A DNA stretch of 49,795 nucleotides from Patescibacteria group bacterium. Lineage in GTDB: Bacteria > Patescibacteriota > Microgenomatia > UBA8517. The notes below the pieces were generated by a model. The model worked only from the letters and a program-made list of their open reading frames with translations, did not search any database and was not told the DNA's origin. The position numbers and the translations under genes were made by a program. Of the stretch, positions 17,310 through 27,114 are shown piece by piece. The number at the start of each line of letters is the position of its first letter. Position 1 is the stretch's first letter. The stretch covers positions 1 to 49,795 of the forward strand of contig JBBTWO010000019.1 of assembly GCA_038062745.1 (NCBI GenBank), written 5' to 3'.

Positions 17310-20300
17310 TTAGTTGTTGGGTCCATATCTAACAGCAGCATTCTCGTTATACACTTTCCGCACTTGTGCCGCACCGAGGGCGTAGTTAAAAATCCGCACG
17401 TCGTCGATTTGACCATCAAAATAGGTGGAGCTTACTCTGCCAAATTCTACGTCGTTTGCGGTGATATCGGAGCTTGATACTATAGTTACTAGATGCCAGT
17501 TGGTGTCCGGAAACGTTGTCTTTTGAATGCCATCAATGTAAATAGTCTCTGTACCAAAACCGGTTACAGTCACGGTTCCTGAAACTATTTCTACTGAATC
17601 AGATGCAGATAATTGGGCGATTTTTTGGGTTGTTGAAGCAGGCTTTACCCATACACTGAATGTTCGGATGTCTGTTCGTGAAATATTTCCTTTGTCAATA
17701 AAATCATCAGTTCCATCCAAATCTAAACTTGCATTGTATTTTCCAGTGATTCCTGATCCCCAGGAGGTAGAAGAAGTAGAACATGTACCAACAGTATCTT
17801 CACCAGATGCCCCAATGGTTATAGTCCCAGTATTTGAATTTCCTGAAGAATCATTTGCAGTTGTTCCTTGGCATTCATCCAGTCGCCAATGACCAATGGG
17901 TATGCCGCGGTTGTAATCATATGCGACTTGAGCGGGTGTACGAACATAGCTATAAATCTTCACGCCATCCATGAGGCCATTGAATTTTACTGAATTTCCA
18001 GCTTCATCCCAGCCAATCCCCAAGGGATAGGTGTTGGCTGCGCTCAACACAGCAGCTGCCGTTCCCACTTGCTTTCCATTGGCGTAAAATATTGTGGATG
18101 AACCAGTTATCGTTACCGCAATGTGCGTCCAGACTCCTGTTGGAATGTCGTAGGTTGAATCATAGATGTTGGTATTATTTGCATAATACAAAGCTCCATC
18201 AGCTGCAGCATAAATTGCATAATTAAATTCGAGACCTGTTTGGCCTTTAGCTAATAATATATTCCTTCCGGTGCCTCCACTGCCATATGCTGTTGGTTTT
18301 ACCCACACCTCCATGGTTATTGCAGATGTGATATCAAGCGTAGCACTGTCTGCTACACGAACATAATCATCAGTACCATCAAGACTCAAGATACTGCCAG
18401 CAAGACCATTAGCTCCCACTGGCACTCCAGTGGCCGATGTCCAAGTGGGATCATCACTTGCTATAGAACTATTTGCTCCCAATGTTCCAGCATTTCCATT
18501 GCCTGATCGGTCTGAAGTGGCTTGACCAGTTTTTTCGTCGAAATTAAAGTCTAATACCGGTGGGTCATCTTCACCGTCTGAAAGATCTGCTTGTTCAGAA
18601 CTACCAAGAACAGAATAGGAGACTGAAGAATTGGCAGTCATATCAATACCAATTTGCTCTTTAGAAAGTTCTGAATTGTAGATATTTACGGCATCGATGC
18701 GCCCATCAAAGTTATCCGTCGTATTGCCGCCGATGAGGAGGTTAGCAGTATCGGCCGCAGGTGCGCCTGATCCATCAGTACTTGTGCCGACTGCATTCCC
18801 ATTCACCCAAATGGTAATTTCATCATCAGTATCATCTGTATATGACAAAGCTATGTGATTCCAACCAGATTGGGTAACCACCCCTGTAACGTTTTTAGTC
18901 GCATCAGTTGTAGCAAGATCTAAACTTGCCTGAATATCCATCTTCCCACCAGAGAGAGTGTCCACCCGTATCCAAGTATTGGTACCTTTGTAGAATACCT
19001 GGCCACCACTTCCTTCACCAGCTCCATCTGGATTAATCCAGGCAGACCAGGTAAAGCCAGAAGCAAGATTAACATTTAAATCAATTGCATTAGTGTTTGT
19101 TACCGTTACTACATCATCTGTGCCATCAAAATCTAAACAACCATTTATTTTGCAGTTGGTTTTGGTTTTCCAGGTAGCACCACTTCTGGCGCCTGTAATT
19201 GTGGAGTTGGCAGAAACACTATTGTTGGCAGTATCACCTTGCTGCTCGTCAAATTCATATTTAACAACCTGAGAGCCAACAGGGGAGCCACCTGTGGGAT
19301 GCCCGGCGTTCATGTCTTCCACAACTTGTTGGGAAGTGCGTCCATAATGATATAATCGGACTTCATCAAGCAGTCCACTATACAATAGATTATTATCTGC
19401 TCTTTTCCCAAACAGTAAATCAGCAGCAGTATCGGTGGTTACACTTCCTGTCAATGACGTTGTGGAATTGACTAGCACACCATCTATGTATAAATTGCAG
19501 GAAACGCCAGGTATAAAGGTGGCAGACACATAACGCCAAACATTATTGTTTACCAAGGTTGTTGTTGTAGCGTTACAATGTACTCCATTGGCAGTATTAA
19601 AAAGAAAAAAATCGGTCGAACTACTTCCGACTCTAATTTCATATCCGTAAATACCATCACCACCTGCAGTACCACCCTTTATGATTGGTCCTCCACTCGT
19701 ATCGGTCGTTTTGATCCAACCACCAAACGTTAAACCACTGGAACCAATATCATAATTGGCGTTGTCACCAAAAGTGACAAAATCATTTGAGCCGTCGAAA
19801 TTTAATCCTGTACCATATTTCCCAGTTACCCAGGTTGGATCGTCTGTTCCAACTGATGAATCTGTGCCTAGTGTTCCTGCTGTCCCGTTGTACCCAGATG
19901 TGTCATTTACATTTTGGCCACTACCTTCATCAAAATTCCAGTATCCAACAGGTCCTGGTGCCCAGTTGTAGAGATTGCGGACGTCGTCGGCGGATAGGGC
20001 ACGGTTGTAGATGCGTGCGTCGTCGATTTCGCCGTTAAAATACCCGTCATACCCATTTCCCCAAAATACGGACGTGCCAAAAACCTGCTGTGAATGGGTT
20101 GCATCGTCTTGATACGTACCTACACTCACTCCATTGACATAGATGGCCCACAGATTACTGGCATTTAATGTTATGACAACATGATTCCAAACACTATTTG
20201 AGATGGCAGTGATATTTGAAACTCGATAGTTACCGTCGACGTACAAGGATGACGTGCCGGTATTGGTACGAGCAAGGTAAATAAATGGTATATTTGAACT

Positions 20301-21818
20301 TAATCCGTTTGCCCATTGAAATATGCCAACCTGGCTTGCTGATTGCGAAGTGTCTGGTTTTACCCAAAAGGCAACGGTTGTTTGTGTGAGCGTGGTACCA
20401 CTTAATGCTGTGGAGGCGTAGTCGTCCGTTCCGTCATACGTAGTCCCGTTGCCAAATTTGCCGGTGATTGTGGTTGCCTGGTTACCCCAAGCAAGATCTT
20501 TACTGTTGCCGCTTTTGTCACAGTTGTCATTGGATCCTCCAGTACAGGAATCGGCAGCAGTTTCATCCATTTTCCAATACCCCACGAGTCCATCGGACAA
20601 AAAATCTTTTTGATCCGCCGCGCCTAGGACGGCTGCGCCGGCAGAATAATCGGCTTTCACTTCTGCAGCCGACCGGGCGTAGGGGTAGATTTTTAGATCG
20701 TCAATAAAGCCGTTATACCACAACAAAGTACAGCCTTCTCGACAACCAATTTGAAAATTTTCTGAGGTTAGTGTTGTGCCAGAGAGATTATCTGCTACTG
20801 TGGTAGTGGTTTCTGCTTTCCCATCGACATATATTTTTACTCCACTGGCGCTGGATGAACCACTGTATGTGGTAGTAACATGATGCCATTTGTTGTCTCT
20901 TACGTTTGTAGTGCCCCGGATATCAATTCTATTGGCAGTGCCATGATTTGCCAAGAAAAATTGAACGATTCCAGTGTTAAGCAGTGACACATGATATCCT
21001 TCCCCAGTATTGTAGTTGTCTTGTTTAGCAACAACGAATAAGCTGCCAGATCCAGCAGGAGATTTTACCCAAAAGTTAAAGCTAAATGCATTAGTACGCT
21101 CAAAGTCAAGCACATCACCCATGTTAACTACATCATTGCTCCCATCAAACTGCAAACATTTTCCACTCACACACCTGCCTTCTTCAATCCAGGTTGGGTC
21201 ATCGGTCGTGACTGCTGAGGTGGCGCCAAGGGTGCCGGCGTTGCGGTGGGTGGTTTGATCATTGATGGTTTGGCCCTGGCCTTCATCAAATTTCCAGTAA
21301 GCCACCGGGCCGGGGGTGGTTTCTTCGCTCCCGGTTGCAGAAATGGTGTAGTTACTGGCGACGGTGGAGAAGTCAGCTGCTTCAAAGCCATTATCGGCAT
21401 TGAGATTGCCGTAGTACATATAGATGGTTTGTCTGCCGGCAATTAGAGTTTCATGAAGGACATGCAGCACTGTTGTTGCTCCACCACAACCGGAAACCAC
21501 ATAATATTTCATTACCTTTCCTTGTTGGGTGGTAAATCTGATTCCTCCACAGTCGGCTTGGAATCTGGTGGTGTCGGAAGTATCTATGGTATGGGAAGTG
21601 TAGACATTAGTTTCTGCTGTGGTATTGTTGGTGATATCGATACTGGTTCGATACTTCCAATCTCCATTCCACCAGGCAGCCTCAGATTTATTGGGTTTAA
21701 GAAGGGTAAAGTAGACAATGGGGGAGAGGATAATAATCATACCCAGGGCCACCCAGGTCTGCCATTTTACTCTTCTTGCTATATTTCTAAATTTTGATGG
21801 TTTAAATTGTCTATTCAT
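17310..21818 (-). CDS. large surface protein: N-terminal TM, DUF2341-like domain, about six LamG/concanavalin-like modules
   Basis: WWNGDWKYR..I.I start; six modules beginning PVAYWKFDE / LVGYWKMDE / PVGYWNFDE / VVKYEFDE / PVLDFNFDE / PIGHWRLDE and ending G.IDD..IY... Confidence 0.88.
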   Translation of the reverse strand: MNRQFKPSKFRNIARRVKWQTWVALGMIIILSPIVYFTLLKPNKSEAAWWNGDWKYRTSIDITNNTTAETNVYTSHTIDTSDTTRFQADCGGIRFTTQQGKVMKYYVVSGCGGATTVLHVLHETLIAGRQTIYMYYGNLNADNGFEAADFSTVASNYTISATGSEETTPGPVAYWKFDEGQGQTINDQTTHRNAGTLGATSAVTTDDPTWIEEGRCVSGKCLQFDGSNDVVNMGDVLDFERTNAFSFNFWVKSPAGSGSLFVVAKQDNYNTGEGYHVSLLNTGIVQFFLANHGTANRIDIRGTTNVRDNKWHHVTTTYSGSSSASGVKIYVDGKAETTTTVADNLSGTTLTSENFQIGCREGCTLLWYNGFIDDLKIYPYARSAAEVKADYSAGAAVLGAADQKDFLSDGLVGYWKMDETAADSCTGGSNDNCDKSGNSKDLAWGNQATTITGKFGNGTTYDGTDDYASTALSGTTLTQTTVAFWVKPDTSQSASQVGIFQWANGLSSNIPFIYLARTNTGTSSLYVDGNYRVSNITAISNSVWNHVVITLNASNLWAIYVNGVSVGTYQDDATHSQQVFGTSVFWGNGYDGYFNGEIDDARIYNRALSADDVRNLYNWAPGPVGYWNFDEGSGQNVNDTSGYNGTAGTLGTDSSVGTDDPTWVTGKYGTGLNFDGSNDFVTFGDNANYDIGSSGLTFGGWIKTTDTSGGPIIKGGTAGGDGIYGYEIRVGSSSTDFFLFNTANGVHCNATTTTLVNNNVWRYVSATFIPGVSCNLYIDGVLVNSTTSLTGSVTTDTAADLLFGKRADNNLLYSGLLDEVRLYHYGRTSQQVVEDMNAGHPTGGSPVGSQVVKYEFDEQQGDTANNSVSANSTITGARSGATWKTKTNCKINGCLDFDGTDDVVTVTNTNAIDLNVNLASGFTWSAWINPDGAGEGSGGQVFYKGTNTWIRVDTLSGGKMDIQASLDLATTDATKNVTGVVTQSGWNHIALSYTDDTDDEITIWVNGNAVGTSTDGSGAPAADTANLLIGGNTTDNFDGRIDAVNIYNSELSKEQIGIDMTANSSVSYSVLGSSEQADLSDGEDDPPVLDFNFDEKTGQATSDRSGNGNAGTLGANSSIASDDPTWTSATGVPVGANGLAGSILSLDGTDDYVRVADSATLDITSAITMEVWVKPTAYGSGGTGRNILLAKGQTGLEFNYAIYAAADGALYYANNTNIYDSTYDIPTGVWTHIAVTITGSSTIFYANGKQVGTAAAVLSAANTYPLGIGWDEAGNSVKFNGLMDGVKIYSYVRTPAQVAYDYNRGIPIGHWRLDECQGTTANDSSGNSNTGTITIGASGEDTVGTCSTSSTSWGSGITGKYNASLDLDGTDDFIDKGNISRTDIRTFSVWVKPASTTQKIAQLSASDSVEIVSGTVTVTGFGTETIYIDGIQKTTFPDTNWHLVTIVSSSDITANDVEFGRVSSTYFDGQIDDVRIFNYALGAAQVRKVYNENAAVRYGPNN

Positions 21819-21856
21819 ATTTTTATGTTAGCAAGGATTCTCCTTGCATATTCTTA

Positions 21857-22082
21857 TTACTTTTACCTTGATGCAAAAGTAACCAAAAGATCAAGCCTAA
21901 ACATCGGTCACTAAAAATTAACTCACTATACTTTGTGCTCACAGGCCAGGCAGTTGGCAAGCATGCCTGCGTGTGGCACTTTTGATTTGTATAGTCTGCT
22001 AATTTTTTTAACGTGCTGCGATGTGAGGCAGTATCAAGTCCAATTCTCGATTCATTTTTTCTGGACAAGCAAAAGAATGAAT
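21857..22082. repeat. intergenic structured element with inverted pseudoknot-like ends (MITE-like candidate)
   Basis: Left: TTACTTTT/AAAAGTAA stem with loop CTTGAT complementary to ATCAAG. Right (on -): ATTCATT/AATGAAT stem with loop GTCCA complementary to TGGAC. Confidence 0.45.
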
Positions 22083-22159
22083 AATATTTGCAAGCAAAGC
22101 TTGCAGATAATTTTGTATTAGTTTTGTTCATATATTTGTCTATTTTAGTCTCAAATCAC

Positions 22160-22188
22160 TTGACTTTTGGTTCCTGATTTGGTACACT
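22160..22188 (+). promoter_or_regulatory. sigma70-like promoter with no + strand CDS downstream
   Basis: TTGACT-17 nt-TACACT. Confidence 0.6.
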
Positions 22189-22211
22189 TCTCCTTAAGAT
22201 AACTCATCCAT

Positions 22212-22240
22212 GGCTCCGCTTAGGCGGAGCTTTGTGATTT
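22212..22240 (+). terminator. GC-rich hairpin with T-rich tail
   Basis: GGCTCCGC-TTAG-GCGGAGCT followed by TTGTGATTT. Confidence 0.6.
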
Positions 22241-22803
22241 CAAGACCTCTTCCCTCTAAATTTTGCTCTGGCTTGACTTTTTAGTCTTTTTTGGTATAAT
22301 TCAATCAAAGGCCGAGGCTGAGCGTCGACCAGGGTTGAAAAACACTCTCTTAAACGCCCATCGGCTTTTTTGATCTCTTCAAGTAATTCCCAAAGGGTGA
22401 TTTTTACGTTTGGCTTTTCTTTTTTTGTATACACATTGTAAGCTGCATAGTGAACTTTTGGATGATTGCCAATTCTAGCAAATCTAATATTATGATTAGG
22501 TTTTTTGTTAGATTCCAAAAAACAAGTTAATAAATTTTTTAGCAATTTTTCTTTTCCTGGATATTCTATATCAATTGTAAAGTTGTGCTGAATTTTAAAT
22601 TTTTTTATAAGCATATACACAGAGCATGAAAATAAAATATACACATACAGTCTTGGCATTCCAATCAATCTAAATAGTTCCTGGACCTGTCTTTTGATTT
22701 TTTTGGAAACTAAAACAGAATATTGCTCTCCATTAGAATAAGCTACTATGGTATCTTTACTTGTATTTTCTATTTTTCCAGATTGATCTATTTGATATTT
22801 CAT
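22240..22803 (-). CDS. DUF3800-like (RNase H fold) protein
   Basis: N-terminal YQIDQSG motif resembling DUF3800 YIDESG, IDIEYPG; basic protein; assignment by motif recall only. Confidence 0.55.
   Translation of the reverse strand: MKYQIDQSGKIENTSKDTIVAYSNGEQYSVLVSKKIKRQVQELFRLIGMPRLYVYILFSCSVYMLIKKFKIQHNFTIDIEYPGKEKLLKNLLTCFLESNKKPNHNIRFARIGNHPKVHYAAYNVYTKKEKPNVKITLWELLEEIKKADGRLRECFSTLVDAQPRPLIELYQKRLKSQARAKFRGKRS
22304..22374 (+). ncRNA. candidate small structured RNA antisense to the 3' end of the DUF3800-like gene
   Basis: Promoter TTGACT(22273)-16-TATAAT(22295); ATCAAAGGCCGA pairs with TCGGCTTTTTTGAT; inner TGAGCGT/ACGCCCA stem; ends in T-run. Confidence 0.5.
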
Positions 22804-22901
22804 GTTTGTTTTTGTTAATATCTAAGTGCTGGATGGGTACTTGTACTGGTTCAGCGAGATTTCTTTTTGGTCAGATACATCCTCTTTAATTCCCTCCATT
22901 A

Positions 22902-25900
22902 TTAATTTATTTCCTTGTGATCTACTATGAACCAGTCAAAGGTAACATTTTCACTTGCCCAGATACTCATTTCTACTTTGAATCCCTCTCCTGGTACCTT
23001 TTGGGTTACTGTTAATGGGTAGGGGGTAGTGGTGGTTGGTGTAACCATAATCAATGAACTATCGGTTACGGCAGTTGAATTTATGAATATTTCTTTTGCG
23101 CCTTGTGGGATGACCCCCAAACCCGCTGAATCTCCTTTGACAGTATATTTCTCAGCCGTTATTTCTTTTGTGACAATATTTCCTTTTGTATCAAACTCTA
23201 TCATTCCATCAAAGAATTTAACATTACCCAAGGCTAATTTTTGGATATTTAATTCTCCAATTGAGTCGATTGAATTAGAAAGGGAATCAAGGGTGAGTAG
23301 CCCCACATTTAACTTACCAGTAACTACAGTATCACCAAGTGTTGTTAGATTTGGTGTCCCTGATTCTGTAGCCACTCCTGCTACCATGGCAGAAGAAGTT
23401 GCAATTAATGTCTGGTTCTTTAATATATCCATGTCTGCCATTAACTGATTAATTTTGTTTTCTTGATCAGCCAGTCTGGTATCTGTTGAGTTTCGCAAGT
23501 CCTCAATGTCTGCAAGTAACTGGGTGTTGTCTTGTTCTGGACTATTTAAGTTTGCCAGATTTTTTACCTGGTCATTGAGTTCAAATATATACAGGGAATT
23601 GGTTTCAGCTGTTTCCCAAATATCAGTTACTAAAGCTCCTAGAGAAAACTTTCCAGATGCTAACCATTCATCACGGCCTGCAATAGTGGGTAAGTGTCTG
23701 TACTCTTGTGCAAAGCTGCTAGCCTCATCAATGGAAAGTATTTGGTAATCTCCATGGGTAGCTAGATCATCTGGACGAACTGTGCCATCGTAATATTTGT
23801 CAAATACATAGTCTGTTAGAATTACATTGTCATCGTAAACTGCCACAGCATTTATTGTTCCAACTCCCTTGGCTCCTCCTGTAGGGTTACCAACAACTAA
23901 AGATCCATCACCAAATATAGTTATTGCAGCTGAATCATCATTGTTAGCTACAGAAAATACAGTTTCTGCAGCTCCCAGATCAACAATACCAGTTCCAGAG
24001 GCTTTAGCTGCAACTATCTTCACAGCAGGTGTTGCATCTGTTGGGTCAGAAGATTGTATTCCTTTTAATTCCAATGCCTGTCCATCAGCATCTGCAAAAG
24101 AGGTTAATCTTGTTCCACCAACGGTGGAGGAGATTGGACCAATATGTAGGATTGCATCAGTATTGGCAAGCGTCGTTACCCCGTGAGCCACATCTCCATC
24201 AGTCATACTAAATGTACTATCTGAGCCTGTAGCTCTAAAGAGTTCAAGTGTGGTGTCTGGACTAGTGTCTGCCCCTCCAATGACGGTATTGCCGTCTTCT
24301 GAATTTATAATTGACGTATTTGTTCCAGCATCTGTTATGTCTGAGGTATTGTTCTCCAGCTGATTTCCAGAAACTACAACATCAGTGCCTCCTGCAATCC
24401 AGATACCAATATCTCCAGCGCCTGAGTGCTCGCTAACCGTATTACCTGATACTGTTGTATAGCTTGCATTAACATAGATACCATAATCACCAGCTCCTGC
24501 ATTATCTCTTATATTGTTTCCCGTAATGGTGTACCTGGTTCCAAAAGCAGCGTATATGCCATAATCTCCAGAGGCATATATGCTATTGCCTGATATCGTA
24601 TTTCCAGTGGGACTGGATCCAAATCCAATACCTACTCGAGAATTGTAAATGGTATTACCAGTGATAATCATATTCACTCCGCCATCAAAGCCAATTCCGT
24701 AATTGTTTGTGCTATTGAGTGCAGTATTTCCTGTTATGGTTAGATATGAACCATTTGTATGAGACGTGCCGTTGTAGCTACTAAGAAATACATTATTAGA
24801 AATTATTGAATTAGATTCTGCAGTTGTTGTAATTCCTGTAGAACTGGTGTCACTAAAAGTATCGTACGTTGAATTGATATATTTATTATAAGTTCCAGAA
24901 GTCATGTCTATACCGTGCCTGTCGCCCTTTTTCAAATATAAACTGTCAAACAACGAATAGGTAACACCAGAACCGTTGATAAGATCGAAGGCTTGTCCGC
25001 CGGCTAGAACGAGTGTTCCATCAATTTGGAAATCGGAAAAAGTTAGATGATCCATGCCGTTTAAGTTAATGATGTGCCCGGGAACTGACCAAGATGCCCA
25101 AGCAGAGACAACGATTTTACTACCTTTACCTGCGCCTCTAATAGTAGTATTGTTGTAGTCTATTGTAATAGTCTCAGCACACGTATACGTCCCTTCTGGT
25201 AAAAATACCTCTCCACCAACTGATCCCAGATCATCAATGGCTGCATTAATCCCTGCACAAGTTTGAGCATATTCATTACCATCTATTATCTTTACTCTGC
25301 CTATGCCTGATGCAGTAATCTCCCCATCAATATCTACCTTAAATCTTGTAGTTCCAGATACTGAAGCTGTAATCAAATCCTGATTTTGGACTTGGTTAAC
25401 AATGAGTGCTGCTTTACCTGAGTAGGTAATACCAGTTTCACTCAAAGGGTTAATGGCAAAGGTGGATGCATTGGTTGAAATCCATTTTCTGCCTACAGTT
25501 GCATCCCATCTTAATTCTGAGTTTACAGATGGAGTACCCCGGTCAAAGGTTAAAGTGGCACTTTCTGTATCAGCTGTTGCATTATCTGTGTTAATGGCAA
25601 AGTCACTAGCTGTAGTTCCATTTAGATTACTCCCACTTGTGGTAATGTTTGTTGCTATTATATTGTCAACGTAGAGTGTTTCCCAGGTTCTGGTATTGGT
25701 ACCCAAATCATATGTTGAAGCAGTTACTGGTGTTAAATCTGAGCCAATGTAGCCAGTGGCAGTAATTGTGTCAGCTGTTGTGTCACCCAGGGTTACTGTT
25801 CCAGTAAAGTTTGCAGTACCTGCAACATCAAGAGTGTAGGATGGGGTATTGTCCCCCAACCCCAATCTGTTATTGGTATCATCCCAGAAGAAGTTTGTAT

Positions 25901-27095
25901 TATCTGCAGCCAAACTAGCACTACTGTTAACAAAAACAACTGATCCTTCTGTAAAGCCAGTGTTAACACTACCTGCAAAAGAGCCAGTTATCTCACCATC
26001 CACTTCCAGGTTTCCCTCTATATACAAATCATCGTCAGAAGCAACTGCTGAGGAAGCTGTGGTAATTGAATCTCCAATAATGTTGTAGGCAGCGTCACTC
26101 CCACTTCCTCCAATATTTAATGTTGCAGCATCTGAAAAAATAATGTCTCCACCTGCTGGAGTTAAAGTTAAATCTCCTGTTATTGCAAAGGCAGTGGAGG
26201 CTCCATCAAAAACAATACTGGTATCAGCAATTAAAATATCACTATTAATATCAATGGTGCCAGCAATTGTTAAGGTACTACCCGATTCATAGGTATCTGT
26301 AGCATTGCTTCGCAAAAATGCTGCTGAATCCAAACTATCAATTTTGTCTACATCCAAGGTTGAGTCCAAATCAGTCAGTGCTTTCCAGACAGGAGTTCCA
26401 CTTCCTGCACTTACCAATACTTGATCAGTACTCCCTGCAGCAGTAGTTGCCAAATCAGCATCTGTTGAGTAGATAATGCCTCCTGCTGTTAAATCAAGAC
26501 CACCAACAAAATTTAACTGACTGGCAGTAGAAGTTAGGGCAACACCATCAATAGTAATGTCAGTTAAATTAGAAATACCACTAACTGTAATATTAGGGGT
26601 AGTAATTCCCTGTAAGAAATTAACCCCAGCCCTGAATACTGTATCAACGTTAATACCAAAGGTTGGATTCTCCAGTGCTTGGGCTGCAAGCACGGACGGA
26701 CCACTTTTGGATGTCTTTGATATCTTTTGACTGTATTGGCTAGGTAGTAAGAATTTTACCGCAATGACTGCAACTAAAATTGCGGTAAAAACTTTGGCAT
26801 ATCTGGTTATCAGTTTTTTATTTGCCAATGGCATTTGGTCATACAGATTTGGATAACCAATAAATTCTACTTCGGCTGCTGGTTGAATAGGATTGGCAGG
26901 GATAGTAGTAGAAAGGTGAGGTGCCTTGACTATAAATTTCTCCAAGTCTTTCAATAAATATCTTCTATGTCCTCCCTCACTTCTTGTTGGGGAGAGTTTG
27001 CCAGAAGTGTCCCAACGTCTGAGGGTCTTGGTTGAGACACCAAGTAAGTCAGCAGCTTCGGCAATATTATATGTTTTTTTCCTGGGCAGTTGCAT
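22902..27095 (-). CDS. giant membrane-anchored fibre/tailspike-like protein with N-terminal MerR/IS607-type HTH, beta-helix and S74-like chaperone region
   Basis: EAADLLGVSTKTLRRWD..G.L...RSEGGHRRY; TM at aa ~100-117; INAAIDDL..GGEVFLPEGTY and ITGN repeats; DYVFDKYY..HLP..ETNSLYIFEL followed by coiled coil. Confidence 0.8.
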   Translation of the reverse strand: MQLPRKKTYNIAEAADLLGVSTKTLRRWDTSGKLSPTRSEGGHRRYLLKDLEKFIVKAPHLSTTIPANPIQPAAEVEFIGYPNLYDQMPLANKKLITRYAKVFTAILVAVIAVKFLLPSQYSQKISKTSKSGPSVLAAQALENPTFGINVDTVFRAGVNFLQGITTPNITVSGISNLTDITIDGVALTSTASQLNFVGGLDLTAGGIIYSTDADLATTAAGSTDQVLVSAGSGTPVWKALTDLDSTLDVDKIDSLDSAAFLRSNATDTYESGSTLTIAGTIDINSDILIADTSIVFDGASTAFAITGDLTLTPAGGDIIFSDAATLNIGGSGSDAAYNIIGDSITTASSAVASDDDLYIEGNLEVDGEITGSFAGSVNTGFTEGSVVFVNSSASLAADNTNFFWDDTNNRLGLGDNTPSYTLDVAGTANFTGTVTLGDTTADTITATGYIGSDLTPVTASTYDLGTNTRTWETLYVDNIIATNITTSGSNLNGTTASDFAINTDNATADTESATLTFDRGTPSVNSELRWDATVGRKWISTNASTFAINPLSETGITYSGKAALIVNQVQNQDLITASVSGTTRFKVDIDGEITASGIGRVKIIDGNEYAQTCAGINAAIDDLGSVGGEVFLPEGTYTCAETITIDYNNTTIRGAGKGSKIVVSAWASWSVPGHIINLNGMDHLTFSDFQIDGTLVLAGGQAFDLINGSGVTYSLFDSLYLKKGDRHGIDMTSGTYNKYINSTYDTFSDTSSTGITTTAESNSIISNNVFLSSYNGTSHTNGSYLTITGNTALNSTNNYGIGFDGGVNMIITGNTIYNSRVGIGFGSSPTGNTISGNSIYASGDYGIYAAFGTRYTITGNNIRDNAGAGDYGIYVNASYTTVSGNTVSEHSGAGDIGIWIAGGTDVVVSGNQLENNTSDITDAGTNTSIINSEDGNTVIGGADTSPDTTLELFRATGSDSTFSMTDGDVAHGVTTLANTDAILHIGPISSTVGGTRLTSFADADGQALELKGIQSSDPTDATPAVKIVAAKASGTGIVDLGAAETVFSVANNDDSAAITIFGDGSLVVGNPTGGAKGVGTINAVAVYDDNVILTDYVFDKYYDGTVRPDDLATHGDYQILSIDEASSFAQEYRHLPTIAGRDEWLASGKFSLGALVTDIWETAETNSLYIFELNDQVKNLANLNSPEQDNTQLLADIEDLRNSTDTRLADQENKINQLMADMDILKNQTLIATSSAMVAGVATESGTPNLTTLGDTVVTGKLNVGLLTLDSLSNSIDSIGELNIQKLALGNVKFFDGMIEFDTKGNIVTKEITAEKYTVKGDSAGLGVIPQGAKEIFINSTAVTDSSLIMVTPTTTTPYPLTVTQKVPGEGFKVEMSIWASENVTFDWFIVDHKEIN

Positions 27096-27114
27096 ATAGT
27101 TTTTTAATTAATTT

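Noticed and set aside
21823-22131. 102-aa ORF (and the opposite 62-aa ORF)
   Set aside because: No recognisable protein features; it spans the structured intergenic element and is probably incidental.
26930-27095. IS607 transposase
   Set aside because: Only the HTH is similar; no serine-recombinase catalytic domain follows, and the frame continues into a TM and fibre.
22902-27095. Prophage tail gene
   Set aside because: No capsid, terminase, integrase or other phage genes nearby; the protein has a membrane anchor typical of a cellular surface protein.
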